Shown here: positions 46,765 through 55,744 of the stretch, piece after piece
Layout of the letters: the number at the start of each line of letters is the position of its first letter
Position numbering within the stretch: position 1 is the first letter of the stretch
From: an uncultured virus (IMG/VR IMGVR_UViG_3300036806_000229)
Taxonomy: Duplodnaviria > Heunggongvirae > Uroviricota > Caudoviricetes
DNA: 64,000 bases
Strand: one strand, 5' to 3'
Virus record (IMG/VR): IMGVR_UViG_3300036806_000229
The notes under the pieces: generated by a model
What the model was told of the DNA's origin: nothing
Databases searched by the model: none
What the model saw: only the letters and a program-made list of their open reading frames with translations
Position numbers and translations under genes: made by a program

Positions 46765-47958
46765 TTATTCGTCTCGTTTTAATGAATCCCCTTGCCCGTA
46801 CATCTGTTTCCATCCTATCTCATCCATGTGGATGGATGCCATATATCCCAGGCTTTTTTGCATTTCTGAAAAAAGAGCATGATGTTTTAACATCGTGTCG
46901 TGGCGGCAGTTCCTGGGTCGTACACAGAAATGCAACAGCCGTGACACGTCATATACACCGTTTTGAAAGACCTTTTCGATTGGCGACGCCAGGCTTTTGC
47001 CGGTTAGTTCCCAGGCGCGGATTTCATCTTCAGGATCTTGATAAAAATTCAAGCCTGGCTTGTGCCGATCCATAAAACTGATAACCATACTATCGGACTT
47101 GCTTCGGGCAAAACCGATCATGCTGATCTGACTCGCTAGCAAGTACCGCATTTGCGGGGTCATGTGTTTTAGTTCGAGTTTGGTATATAGTGCATAGCCA
47201 GACTCGATGTCGATCGCATATCTTGTTGCTGGTCGCGAAAACCATTCCTCAATTTCGTCAAAGGTTGGATATTTTAATAACCAACGTTTAGTCCGGTTGA
47301 CCTTGGTGCTGTCGCGGTGGGATCGGGCTTTTTGTAAATCGGCGATGACCGTGGGTCTAAGGGGCCAGTTGCGCAACACGGCGGATGGATGGAAGGTTGG
47401 GAGGAGTTTGTATCCACCGATCTTCGTGGTTGTGATCGTGCCGCGCATGGCGGTTATTTTGGGTGTGACGCCTAACAATGCCCAACTTGCCGTGTTGCCA
47501 AGGGCGACGATTAAGTTCGGCTCGGCCTCCGAAACCTCGTGTAAAAGCCGGTGGAGGTAGTGCAGGTATTGTTTCTTTAAATATTTTCCTGCCTTGAGCG
47601 GCGGAAGGTCGAGGCAGACGTCTTCAGTTCTATTGCCGAAAAAGTATTCCACATTGTCACTTGGTGGCTGTTCTTCAAACACATTTGTAGTTAGAATTTC
47701 ATTGGATTGTTCTAACGAGTCCCAGTATTTAATCAGTATCCTTGCATCGGGCTTGTAATATTCGCCGCAATTTGGACAGCGGCCCAGGTTAACGGACTTA
47801 CCACATCCATAACAGTTGTTACGGAACGGCAGATCTGTTAACCCAGCATCGTCGATCATGGTTATTAATTCACGGCCTGTAGTTCCGACAAAGGCATGTT
47901 TGAACATGTCTTCATGTTTGCCCCATGCTTCCCCACAGAGAACAACCTTAAAGGTCAT
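46765..47958 (-). CDS. Uracil-DNA-glycosylase-like + 3'-5' exonuclease protein (N-terminal half of the split PolA)
   Basis: GEAWG, ALGNTA and PTFHPS (family-4 UDG-like); ExoI AIDIESG, ExoII FQNGVYD, HDTML. Confidence 0.8.
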   Translation of the reverse strand: MTFKVVLCGEAWGKHEDMFKHAFVGTTGRELITMIDDAGLTDLPFRNNCYGCGKSVNLGRCPNCGEYYKPDARILIKYWDSLEQSNEILTTNVFEEQPPSDNVEYFFGNRTEDVCLDLPPLKAGKYLKKQYLHYLHRLLHEVSEAEPNLIVALGNTASWALLGVTPKITAMRGTITTTKIGGYKLLPTFHPSAVLRNWPLRPTVIADLQKARSHRDSTKVNRTKRWLLKYPTFDEIEEWFSRPATRYAIDIESGYALYTKLELKHMTPQMRYLLASQISMIGFARSKSDSMVISFMDRHKPGLNFYQDPEDEIRAWELTGKSLASPIEKVFQNGVYDVSRLLHFCVRPRNCRHDTMLKHHALFSEMQKSLGYMASIHMDEIGWKQMYGQGDSLKRDE

Positions 47959-48009
47959 TGTGGAATCGCGTAGTGTGATCTAGTTCCATGTTTCACTCCG
48001 TTCCATATT

Positions 48010-48177
48010 TCACTCCTCGATCCACTCCAATAGTTCTCCCAGTGCGTCGTAATAGCCGGTGTCATAGCCTGCGGAAAAGGATTTGACAGCCTTGCGTAAT
48101 GAGGCTTTGGATTTTTCCATGCTTGATTGTTTGCGTTCTTGAATTTCGCGGATGATTTCTTCTTTAGATCTGGTCAT
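48010..48177 (-). CDS. Small hypothetical protein (55 aa)
   Basis: Hand translation MTRSKEEIIREIQ...LLEWIEE; ATGA-coupled to the upstream gene. Confidence 0.55.
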   Translation of the reverse strand: MTRSKEEIIREIQERKQSSMEKSKASLRKAVKSFSAGYDTGYYDALGELLEWIEE

Positions 48178-49634
48178 ATCTTCACCCCTCTCATACTGCG
48201 TGCGCGCAGGCAGGCGATGTTGGCTGCCTGTTGAAATTCGGAATTTAGTTCAAGGCCGAGTACAGCCCGGGCTCCCAATTCATCGGCCACCCGCAGTGCA
48301 GATCCCGAGCCGGCGGTTGGATCAAAAACCAGGGTCGTTTCGTCGACTAGACCTGAAAGAAAATACCGTAACAACGGTTCTGGTTTCTGGGTCGGATGGA
48401 TTGGTCGGTCGGGTGATGGACAGGCGTAGGAATCACCGATTTGTTTCACCAGTGGCCGCTCGCCACGATAGGCCAAGATTGCGGCTTCATACGTGTGCCT
48501 TGGCTGTTTCATATCGGTCGACGTACTGCCACGCATGTCGGATTTATGCCAGATCAATGGCCGGTCGATTACTTTCCAGCTAAAGTTCTGAACCTTGCGT
48601 TTCGTTTCGATAAAGAATTTCATACTTAGCCAGCAGATTAAATGTGCCGATTGGGAAATGAATTTGTCTTGGTTGTTTAACATGAAGTCTAATAAATAGA
48701 AGTACAGTTCCGGCGTGTTTTCATAGCCCTCTAACTGGGCATCGGCTGTGTTTACGCCGTAGGGAAAATCACAATGGATCAGGTTAAATTTTGGGCCGGT
48801 ATAGGTCTTGACCCAGTGGGTGAAGTCGGCCTGGATTATCACATCCTGGGTACTAGGGCGGAGAGTATGAGCAGTAGTGTACAGATCCAGACCAGGCACA
48901 TTGCCAGTGTCCGCTGATTGTGGTTGCGGGAGATCAGGGCAGTTAGCGTGATTATTAGTGTCAAACACAGAAGTCTGGACATGTTGCGTACTATTGTCAG
49001 GGGTTGGCAGGATTGGCAGTTCTTCACCAAAGATTTTACTGCCGATGGATTTCAGTTCCTCTACAATCCCGGCAGTGCGACGTTCGGCGAATCGGGCCAG
49101 GATGCCTTCGGCATGAGAGATACCATTTGCATCTTTTAATCGATCCGTGTCTAAATGCTTCGCGATATTTAATATGCTATAAATGTATTGGACGTTGTAT
49201 GATAAGGCCTCTGCAGTTTTGGTAACGGTCCAGGTTGGATCAGAACTGCTATAAAGTTTATGTATCTGGCTTATGGCCCGGACTTGATCTTTCCAATCTA
49301 AATCACTGCGTTTTAGATTCTCCTCAAGCTCAATGACTTGGACTTTGGTTTCTTCAAGTTTTTCGGCAGTGTCCAGATTTTCCCAATACCGTACTGGGAC
49401 CTGTATATTTAATTCAATACAAGATTGCAGCCGACGCTCCCCTGCTACTAATACCAGGCCTTGGCTGCCGTCTTCAAAACTTTGATTTTTAATAATGATC
49501 GGGTTTAGAACTCCATACTTCTGAATTGATGGTTTTAAACCCGCTATATCAATTTTCTTTCTCTGCCGGTTATCACGGTCAACAATTATGGTTTTTGGGT
49601 CAAGCAATTCGTCAGGGTTGTGGGTTATGGGCAT
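48174..49634 (-). CDS. ParB-N domain + N6A/N4C DNA methyltransferase fusion
   Basis: GVLNPI..LVAGERRL..ELEENLKR (ParB); DFPYG, HPTQKP and DPTAGSGS (beta-class MTase). Confidence 0.85.
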   Translation of the reverse strand: MPITHNPDELLDPKTIIVDRDNRQRKKIDIAGLKPSIQKYGVLNPIIIKNQSFEDGSQGLVLVAGERRLQSCIELNIQVPVRYWENLDTAEKLEETKVQVIELEENLKRSDLDWKDQVRAISQIHKLYSSSDPTWTVTKTAEALSYNVQYIYSILNIAKHLDTDRLKDANGISHAEGILARFAERRTAGIVEELKSIGSKIFGEELPILPTPDNSTQHVQTSVFDTNNHANCPDLPQPQSADTGNVPGLDLYTTAHTLRPSTQDVIIQADFTHWVKTYTGPKFNLIHCDFPYGVNTADAQLEGYENTPELYFYLLDFMLNNQDKFISQSAHLICWLSMKFFIETKRKVQNFSWKVIDRPLIWHKSDMRGSTSTDMKQPRHTYEAAILAYRGERPLVKQIGDSYACPSPDRPIHPTQKPEPLLRYFLSGLVDETTLVFDPTAGSGSALRVADELGARAVLGLELNSEFQQAANIACLRARSMRGVKI

Positions 49635-49810
49635 TGCAGCGTCCTAACTATTTTTATCCTCCCCGCTGCTAGTGTTGGTTGTTCCAATTCATGTTGAATA
49701 TTCCAATTAAATGAGACCTTTAATCCGGCATTAACTGCGACTTGAACGTGGCCGCGTAATGTTATATACGCTTCTCGTACATTCTTTGCCAGTTCTTCAT
49801 CTGTTAACAT
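49625..49810 (-). CDS. Hypothetical protein
   Basis: GAGG RBS; coupled ORF. Confidence 0.55.
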   Translation of the reverse strand: MLTDEELAKNVREAYITLRGHVQVAVNAGLKVSFNWNIQHELEQPTLAAGRIKIVRTLQCP

Positions 49811-49913
49811 AACTTGTTCCCTCAGAAAAGTTTCCTCTGGGCAAAGGTTTTAACAGTTTAACCCCTTTTATTTAAACCACGCCGGTTATGGCGAGAGATG
49901 GTCCCAGAGGAAA

Positions 49914-49946
49914 GACTTTAGCCGACTTTAGCCGGCTTTAGTCGAC
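49914..49946. repeat. 10-bp tandem repeat GACTTTAGCC, about 3 copies
   Basis: gactttagcc gactttagcc ggctttagtc gac. Confidence 0.75.
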
Positions 49947-49965
49947 GATTTGGGTTTGGTTTATG

Positions 49966-50430
49966 TTATGCCGCAGCGTCTTCCATTTCCCGTTCTGCCA
50001 ACCCAACGATTTCGGAGATGTTAGCAAACGGGTTTTTTTTCTCCCGATCTTTGCGGGAATAGCCGTGTACCACAGTCACCAGTACTGGTAGCCCGCGGGT
50101 GTTAGAAAAATCGTCGTCGAAGTTGGAGTTTTCATCAAACCCCAAACTGACGTGAAATTCGCGTAGTCTATACAATGCCTTCGGCGTGATATAGAATTCG
50201 ACCTGGAGTTCGTATTCAGTGATGTTCACGCCTTCCAGCTCCGCTTCCTCCACATCTTCTGTCGCCGCTGTTGGCTGGATGAAGTAACGCACGAAAGGAG
50301 TCTGCTTCTCACTCGACCGATCGAACTCGTGTCGGATGATCCGACCAAGGTAATGGCCCTCAGGCAACGTTGGCGGCTTGTCATACTCGACCTTTGGCCT
50401 CGACAACAGTTCACGAAAATCTACGCTCAT
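49966..50430 (-). CDS. DUF669-like single-stranded DNA-binding protein
   Basis: LPEGHY..I..S..TP; acidic C-terminus; next to the Sak4-like ATPase. Confidence 0.65.
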   Translation of the reverse strand: MSVDFRELLSRPKVEYDKPPTLPEGHYLGRIIRHEFDRSSEKQTPFVRYFIQPTAATEDVEEAELEGVNITEYELQVEFYITPKALYRLREFHVSLGFDENSNFDDDFSNTRGLPVLVTVVHGYSRKDREKKNPFANISEIVGLAEREMEDAAA

Positions 50431-50433
50431 GTT

Positions 50434-51432
50434 TTACGCCTTTGGTTTGGGTGGAAGTTCGGGCAGCGGGGGAAGTGGTTGTAACGGCTCGGCTCCGCCG
50501 CCCTTTGATTTCGAGCCGGATGGTAATAGGGATTTACGACCAAGGGCCTGCATCAGTTCAAACGGCGGCTCTTGGCCTTTCATTTTGGCGAATATCTCCG
50601 CCAGCCCGGTTTCAACCGTATAGGATGATTTGAGGGCAGCACTGGCTTTGGTAATTACGCCGTCCTGTGGTACGGTGCTGATGTCCCGTCTTGTCATTAC
50701 CCCGTCGCCGGTTTTACGAGCGAGAAAGAAATCAGGGAAAAATTCCGGGATTTTAGGGCTTAATGCCCTACCGATGGTTGAGGGGTAAATATCTGGGTTA
50801 GATTTTTCATTCGGTCTGGATGCACTGCCGTGCGTCTCGTCAACGGCAACTAGATGGGAAATTAAAATAACGTTACACTTTACATCGATATCGAACAGTA
50901 ACTGCATTAGACTTTTTATTCGATTTTGTGCCTGCCCAACATCACGTTGGTAGTCGTATCCTTCGGGCATAACACCAAGGCGGCCATTCAGTTCTTGAAC
51001 ATTGTAATAGGCATCGTCGGAGATCCTGGATAGGTTATCCAAGACAAATACGTCCTTTGATCCCCATGATGTAATCGATCCGAGTTTGTGAGGCCCGTCG
51101 TTCCAATTCTTCAACGCCGCAACTACCTTCTCCCAAACTACGGCTCCAGCTGGGGAGATATCTGAACCAAGCAGGGTCATTTTTTGGCTCAGATGAATCA
51201 TACTTACGGTTTGGGTTGGGTCGATGTTCTTTTTTCGTAAGTATTCCTTATATGGATATTCAGGTGACCCGAGCAATGATTTGAGGGTTTTGATCCCCGG
51301 ATCTCGGTTTAGGATACGTAGGTGATACCCCAGGCAAACCAAACTGGCCAGTGCTCCAGTTTTCCCGGTCCCATACCTGCCAGCCAGTTCAATTTTGCAG
51401 GGGTCGGATTCGTAATCCAGATCAAATGGCAT
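50434..51432 (-). CDS. Sak4-like / AAA_24 ATPase (recombinase)
   Basis: GRYGTGKT, FVLDNLS, NVILISH; between SSB and exonuclease. Confidence 0.7.
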   Translation of the reverse strand: MPFDLDYESDPCKIELAGRYGTGKTGALASLVCLGYHLRILNRDPGIKTLKSLLGSPEYPYKEYLRKKNIDPTQTVSMIHLSQKMTLLGSDISPAGAVVWEKVVAALKNWNDGPHKLGSITSWGSKDVFVLDNLSRISDDAYYNVQELNGRLGVMPEGYDYQRDVGQAQNRIKSLMQLLFDIDVKCNVILISHLVAVDETHGSASRPNEKSNPDIYPSTIGRALSPKIPEFFPDFFLARKTGDGVMTRRDISTVPQDGVITKASAALKSSYTVETGLAEIFAKMKGQEPPFELMQALGRKSLLPSGSKSKGGGAEPLQPLPPLPELPPKPKA

Positions 51433-51436
51433 GGAT

Positions 51437-51715
51437 CTATTCTTCCTTGTCTGGATCAAAATGTTGTTCAAGGATCTTGTCAATTTGACGGTTGGGAATT
51501 TTGCGCTGACGTACAGGGCGGCTGATTTCTACAACCTCCCAAAAACGTAGCATTGATTCCAATTCGTACAAAACTCGCCTCGTAGCTAACTTGTCTCGCT
51601 GAGAATCGCCTAGCAATGGATCGTTCTTTACCCGATCGATCCTGCGTCGAAGGTCGGTCAGGAACTCGTCTCTGGTTTCTTCCGGGGTTCGTGGGTGGAT
51701 GATGAACTGGGTCAT
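51437..51715 (-). CDS. Hypothetical protein
   Basis: ORF in operon. Confidence 0.6.
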   Translation of the reverse strand: MTQFIIHPRTPEETRDEFLTDLRRRIDRVKNDPLLGDSQRDKLATRRVLYELESMLRFWEVVEISRPVRQRKIPNRQIDKILEQHFDPDKEE

Positions 51716-51731
51716 GATGTTCTTTTCCCGT

Positions 51732-51785
51732 GATTAGACTTTGATTAGACTTTGATTAGACTTTGATTAGACTTTGATTAGACTT
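51732..51785. repeat. 11-bp tandem repeat GATTAGACTTT x5
   Basis: Directly visible; last copy overlaps the exonuclease stop codon. Confidence 0.9.
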
Positions 51786-52734
51786 CTCTGGTTTTCAGTG
51801 GGTCCCATACCCGCCTAACATACTTTCCTGACGTTAACAACGTTTCCCTAACACTGTTCCGTGACGTGCACACACCCAAAAATTCACAAGGTCGGTTGTA
51901 GCGGAAGCAGGATTTGCGGTTTTTCGGCCAGTAATTGTCTTTAACAAACTTTTCATTCTCACCGATGTAATACCAAATGTCTTTCATCCATTCGTCAAGT
52001 TCAGTGGGATGGATATCGATTTCACTGCGTTGGAACCGGGTAAAACCAGCACCGATTTGCGCCGCGTCAATTATTACCCCGTCGATATCCTGAGTATAAA
52101 CAACTTTACCACCATAAGAATACCCAGACATTTGATTATCGTTGGCAAAAGGAAGGAAGTATTCTGATGCTAATTGATATTTAGTCGTCTTTCTATCTAC
52201 GATCCTGATTCTTTCGTGCCATTCAACCAGTTTGTCAATATGCCCGGTGTATAAATATGGCTCGTGGGTTAGGCCAGAAACTTTGCCCAGTTCGAACCGG
52301 AAGGATTTTTCCACTGCCGGCGTACCGTCGGCGAAGATCACGGTTTTTAACGAATCGTTTTCAAAATGAAGCAAGTACCACACCACACTGCGGATTAATG
52401 TAAATCGATTCTTGGTCGGATGGTCGGAGAACCACGGGCGTTTTAGTTTAAAATTCCATGTCAGTGTTAATGCCTTATGTGCCGCGTTTAACAACGCTTC
52501 GTCATGGCTCATACCATCGACTTTGCATCTATCGTAAAATTCCAGACATGAATGATACATTATACCGAACGTTAAATCAATTACATCTCCACTCCCCGCG
52601 ATCCCATACACGATGGAATATTGGTAATATCTCGGGCAGGTGATTAATGCCCCGGAGCTGACACTGTCGTATGCCAGCTGATGCGCGGGTATGGATTGCG
52701 AAAAGCTTTCGCGGAGGGGAAGGTTGAGGTTCAT
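51778..52734 (-). CDS. PD-(D/E)XK RecB/Cas4-like exonuclease
   Basis: CPRYY, G..YH, E..F, G.IDK..IVDRKT, Q..GY, C-terminal C...CEF...C. Confidence 0.85.
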   Translation of the reverse strand: MNLNLPLRESFSQSIPAHQLAYDSVSSGALITCPRYYQYSIVYGIAGSGDVIDLTFGIMYHSCLEFYDRCKVDGMSHDEALLNAAHKALTLTWNFKLKRPWFSDHPTKNRFTLIRSVVWYLLHFENDSLKTVIFADGTPAVEKSFRFELGKVSGLTHEPYLYTGHIDKLVEWHERIRIVDRKTTKYQLASEYFLPFANDNQMSGYSYGGKVVYTQDIDGVIIDAAQIGAGFTRFQRSEIDIHPTELDEWMKDIWYYIGENEKFVKDNYWPKNRKSCFRYNRPCEFLGVCTSRNSVRETLLTSGKYVRRVWDPLKTREV

Positions 52735-52901
52735 GGTATTAATCCCAGGTTTATTACAGCATCGATGTCGTGGATTATAATCACCGATACCGCGGCGAGG
52801 GTTAATGCCAGTGTGATGGTTATTATTAATTGGACCTTGGCAGATTTGGGTGGGTGTTGAAAGATGGTGTGAATATGGCCATCTTTACCGATCCAGGTCA
52901 T
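52731..52901 (-). CDS. Small membrane protein (56 aa)
   Basis: Hand translation with one TM segment (LIITITLALTLAAVSVIII); ATGA-coupled at both ends. Confidence 0.55.
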   Translation of the reverse strand: MTWIGKDGHIHTIFQHPPKSAKVQLIITITLALTLAAVSVIIIHDIDAVINLGLIP

Positions 52902-53602
52902 GGCTTAACTTCTTGCCAAGCTGACAAACAAACCGGGACAATTGGTCGGATTAGGCTGATTATTGCTTCCGCATAGACCCGGATTTCGTGCTGGGCATGT
53001 GGATCACAACGTAGGGTGAGGAACTTGAAAAGGTTGAGTAAGTTTACCTTGGCAAACATGCGGCTGTAGGTACTGACGGGCAGTACCCCGCGGGCTAGTT
53101 CACGAGGCCAACTAGAATCCAATAAATACCGATAGAGTACTGTTGCCTGGTTACACATCTCTCTATACTCATCGACTTCAAACTTCCTGGCCTCGATTAA
53201 TTCGGCACTGTTATCAAAGATTCGCCCTTGTTTATTATTAGTAGATTGAGTCCCAATGTTTTCGGCCTGTGGAACATAAAATTCTTCCGGCAGTTCAGTA
53301 TACCGGGCCGAGATTTCGTTATATGACCAGGTTCTATGTCTATGCCATTGTCTAAAGACAAAGATCGGCGCTTTGACTTCGAACTGAAACTCCACTGCCT
53401 CGAATGGGGTGGCATGGTGGTGTTTCCATAAATAGTGGATTAGTTTGTAATCACTGCCGGTGTCAGTGCCAGCTCGCCAATCTGCATTATACGATACACG
53501 GGCGGCACGGACAACGGACAGATCGGTTCCCATATGGTCTACTAGCCGAATAAAGCCGTGGTCAAGGACTGAAATTGTGTTCATTGTGTTCATTGTGTTC
53601 AC
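52898..53602 (-). CDS. thyX: Flavin-dependent thymidylate synthase
   Basis: AARVSY, H.TPFE, RQWHRHR..SYNEISARY, ELARGVLP, HAQHEIR. Confidence 0.95.
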   Translation of the reverse strand: MNTMNTMNTISVLDHGFIRLVDHMGTDLSVVRAARVSYNADWRAGTDTGSDYKLIHYLWKHHHATPFEAVEFQFEVKAPIFVFRQWHRHRTWSYNEISARYTELPEEFYVPQAENIGTQSTNNKQGRIFDNSAELIEARKFEVDEYREMCNQATVLYRYLLDSSWPRELARGVLPVSTYSRMFAKVNLLNLFKFLTLRCDPHAQHEIRVYAEAIISLIRPIVPVCLSAWQEVKP

Positions 53603-53850
53603 AGTTCCAACTCCTTCATTATCCCTTTCACAGATGTCGGCTTGGCCTTCTTCACCCCCTTTGGTGGTTTGTCTGCGTCTTGGGCTAGGAACTTTTCCCG
53701 CTGCTCACGTAAAAACCCAACCATCTTCACAATATGCGGATGGGTTGGCGGCGGGATTTGTTCCAAAGCCAGATACGAATCGATCCGAGAGATTAATTCA
53801 TCGATGGAGGTTGGTTCGGCCTCGGTCAGTGGGTTTGGACTGTCGATCAT
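53599..53850 (-). CDS. Hypothetical protein
   Basis: Coupled ORF. Confidence 0.6.
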   Translation of the reverse strand: MIDSPNPLTEAEPTSIDELISRIDSYLALEQIPPPTHPHIVKMVGFLREQREKFLAQDADKPPKGVKKAKPTSVKGIMKELEL

Positions 53851-54041
53851 GGCTTCAGCTCCATTTCATCGATCTTTTTTCGCAGTTCATATCCCGCCTG
53901 GACACAGAACCGATGCACCGTTTCCCGGATGATTTCACTGACGCCGGGATCTTTGGCATACAGTTCGCGTAACAGTTTCACATCCTCGGCAAAGAACGGG
54001 ATGTGAAGTTTGATTAGTGGCTTGCCGACGATTTTTGGCAT
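53847..54041 (-). CDS. Small hypothetical protein (possible ribbon-helix-helix)
   Basis: Coupled ORF; VSEIIRETV helix. Confidence 0.5.
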   Translation of the reverse strand: MPKIVGKPLIKLHIPFFAEDVKLLRELYAKDPGVSEIIRETVHRFCVQAGYELRKKIDEMELKP

Positions 54042-54256
54042 AGCGGCAGCTTAGCGAGCAATGTCCACAAGTTGTTTATAACCACCTGCCAATCTTCGGG
54101 GCTGTGCGCACAGGATGCAAACGGTGTTCCATCAGCATCGCGAAGTATCAAGACACATACGCCGTCGTTTCTCACTGCCCAGCTTGTACACACGGCTTTG
54201 AGTTCTGGTACAGTAATCGATTCAAACTGATCGCTTAGCGTTGGGGTTTTCGTCAT
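54014..54256 (-). CDS. Hypothetical protein
   Basis: ORF with GGAG/AGGA RBS. Confidence 0.55.
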   Translation of the reverse strand: MTKTPTLSDQFESITVPELKAVCTSWAVRNDGVCVLILRDADGTPFASCAHSPEDWQVVINNLWTLLAKLPLCQKSSASH

Positions 54257-54337
54257 CCTGTGGCTCCGATTAAGATCACAGCTATTATCATTGTAATGAT
54301 AAACAATGATAAAAATAGGCTGTTTGCGTTTGCTTCG

Positions 54338-54616
54338 TCAGAGGACGAGATCCGGCTGCGGATCAGTGCCTTGGCTTTGGTCATCGGTTCCAGATCCTTT
54401 CAGGATAAATAGTTCGGTTTCAGGATTAGTTGGACTGAGGCGGAAGTGAAGTTCCAGTCCCAGTTCGCGTTTGAACCTGCCTAGTTGTTGCATGATACGA
54501 TATAAGGCTCCAGCTACTGGCTCGTCGCCAAAGTCTTGGATTTTGGTCAACAGACCATATTCGGCCTCGACTGCCCGGAACAGGATTGCTTCGGCGGCAC
54601 TGGCAAGGATTGTCAT
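54338..54616 (-). CDS. Hypothetical protein
   Basis: Coupled ORF. Confidence 0.55.
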   Translation of the reverse strand: MTILASAAEAILFRAVEAEYGLLTKIQDFGDEPVAGALYRIMQQLGRFKRELGLELHFRLSPTNPETELFILKGSGTDDQSQGTDPQPDLVL

Positions 54617-54825
54617 GACGTTTTCCCGTTCACATGCTTCCAAGTTTGGCCGATTATCATTTTGTGGAAGTTTTGCCTGCTCAAATATGGCGCCAATCTA
54701 TTATGGATAACCTTTATAACATATCCTTCCCGATACATCTCACGAGCTTTAACGACGATCTCGTCTGTTAGCTTCGAGTGAGGGTTCTTTTCTCCCTGAA
54801 GCCAAGGGCGCGGTTTACTGATCAT
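54613..54825 (-). CDS. Small HTH protein resembling the DNA-binding C-terminus of HNH homing endonucleases
   Basis: GEKNPHSKLTDEIV...I..GQTWKHV. Confidence 0.6.
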   Translation of the reverse strand: MISKPRPWLQGEKNPHSKLTDEIVVKAREMYREGYVIKVIHNRLAPYLSRQNFHKMIIGQTWKHVNGKTS

Positions 54826-55259
54826 GACCTCACTCTAATCATCATTTCCCTTGCAACTTGGTTTTTGACCACAGCCTGGGCCTGGGCTCGGGCTAGGATT
54901 TGTGGATTAGATTTGAGTAATTCTTCCGCGTGCCAGCGGAGGTCTTTTGGCAGTGGTAAGTCTTCTGCCATTAGTTTATTTGTGATTAATTCGCCGGCCA
55001 TTTCCACTGCCGCGTTCCAGCACGGGTCGAGTTTGGAAGATGAAATATCCTGGGATGAATATACAGTTTCGTCCACAATGGATTTGATTTCGTCTGGATC
55101 GTGGCTGGTGTAGAACTTTAGCTTCGTTTCGAGTTTTTGTTCGATGGTTTGCAGCCAAAGAGTGTTGAGGATCTTGGCGTCGAGGACGGAACAAATGTGG
55201 CCGGGAGAGTAATGGTTGGGAATAGATAGTAAATCGCTGTAGATGGAAACTAGAGGCAT
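54822..55259 (-). CDS. Hypothetical protein
   Basis: Coupled ORF. Confidence 0.6.
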   Translation of the reverse strand: MPLVSIYSDLLSIPNHYSPGHICSVLDAKILNTLWLQTIEQKLETKLKFYTSHDPDEIKSIVDETVYSSQDISSSKLDPCWNAAVEMAGELITNKLMAEDLPLPKDLRWHAEELLKSNPQILARAQAQAVVKNQVAREMMIRVRS

Positions 55260-55261
55260 GG

Positions 55262-55492
55262 TTATTTCTTTACTAATCTAAGAACCGGGGCGGATTGACG
55301 TGGATATGCGGTAAAACCTCGATACCTTTTGTTGATGTTTGGCCAGGGAACCATTTGGCCGCGGACTGATTCGGCCATGGCCATTAGTTCAACACCGATT
55401 TCACCTAACCGGGAATTACCGCGTCGATTCAGGTAAATTTCCCGGCCAAGATCAAACAGATGCTCGTAATCATCGCAGTTGAAGGACGCCAT
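55262..55492 (-). CDS. Hypothetical protein
   Basis: AGGAG RBS. Confidence 0.6.
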   Translation of the reverse strand: MASFNCDDYEHLFDLGREIYLNRRGNSRLGEIGVELMAMAESVRGQMVPWPNINKRYRGFTAYPRQSAPVLRLVKK

Positions 55493-55706
55493 TGATCTTC
55501 TCTCCTATGCGGTAGAAGGTGAGTTTCAGTTCATTGTCCACGACCTGGATCGATATGTTCGACCCCTGTTTCGTTCTACGTCGGTAGTTGTAAATGGCAA
55601 AACGAAATAATCGTGCCTCGCGAGCAGAATCAAGTCGCAGCCGGACCGATCCCAGTCTTTCGACTTCGGCCAGGAGGGTTGGGATTTGGTCCGTTGCCCA
55701 GATCAT
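55470..55706 (-). CDS. Hypothetical protein
   Basis: ORF in operon. Confidence 0.55.
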   Translation of the reverse strand: MIWATDQIPTLLAEVERLGSVRLRLDSAREARLFRFAIYNYRRRTKQGSNISIQVVDNELKLTFYRIGEKINGVLQLR

Positions 55707-55744
55707 GAAAATTTCAGTCCTTGATTTTAGTAAAATTGGTAATT

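Noticed and set aside
51732..51785. Repeat array as CRISPR, with the adjacent Cas4-like nuclease
   Set aside because: The 11-bp units are directly tandem with no spacers; the nuclease fits the phage SSB/Sak4/exonuclease recombination module
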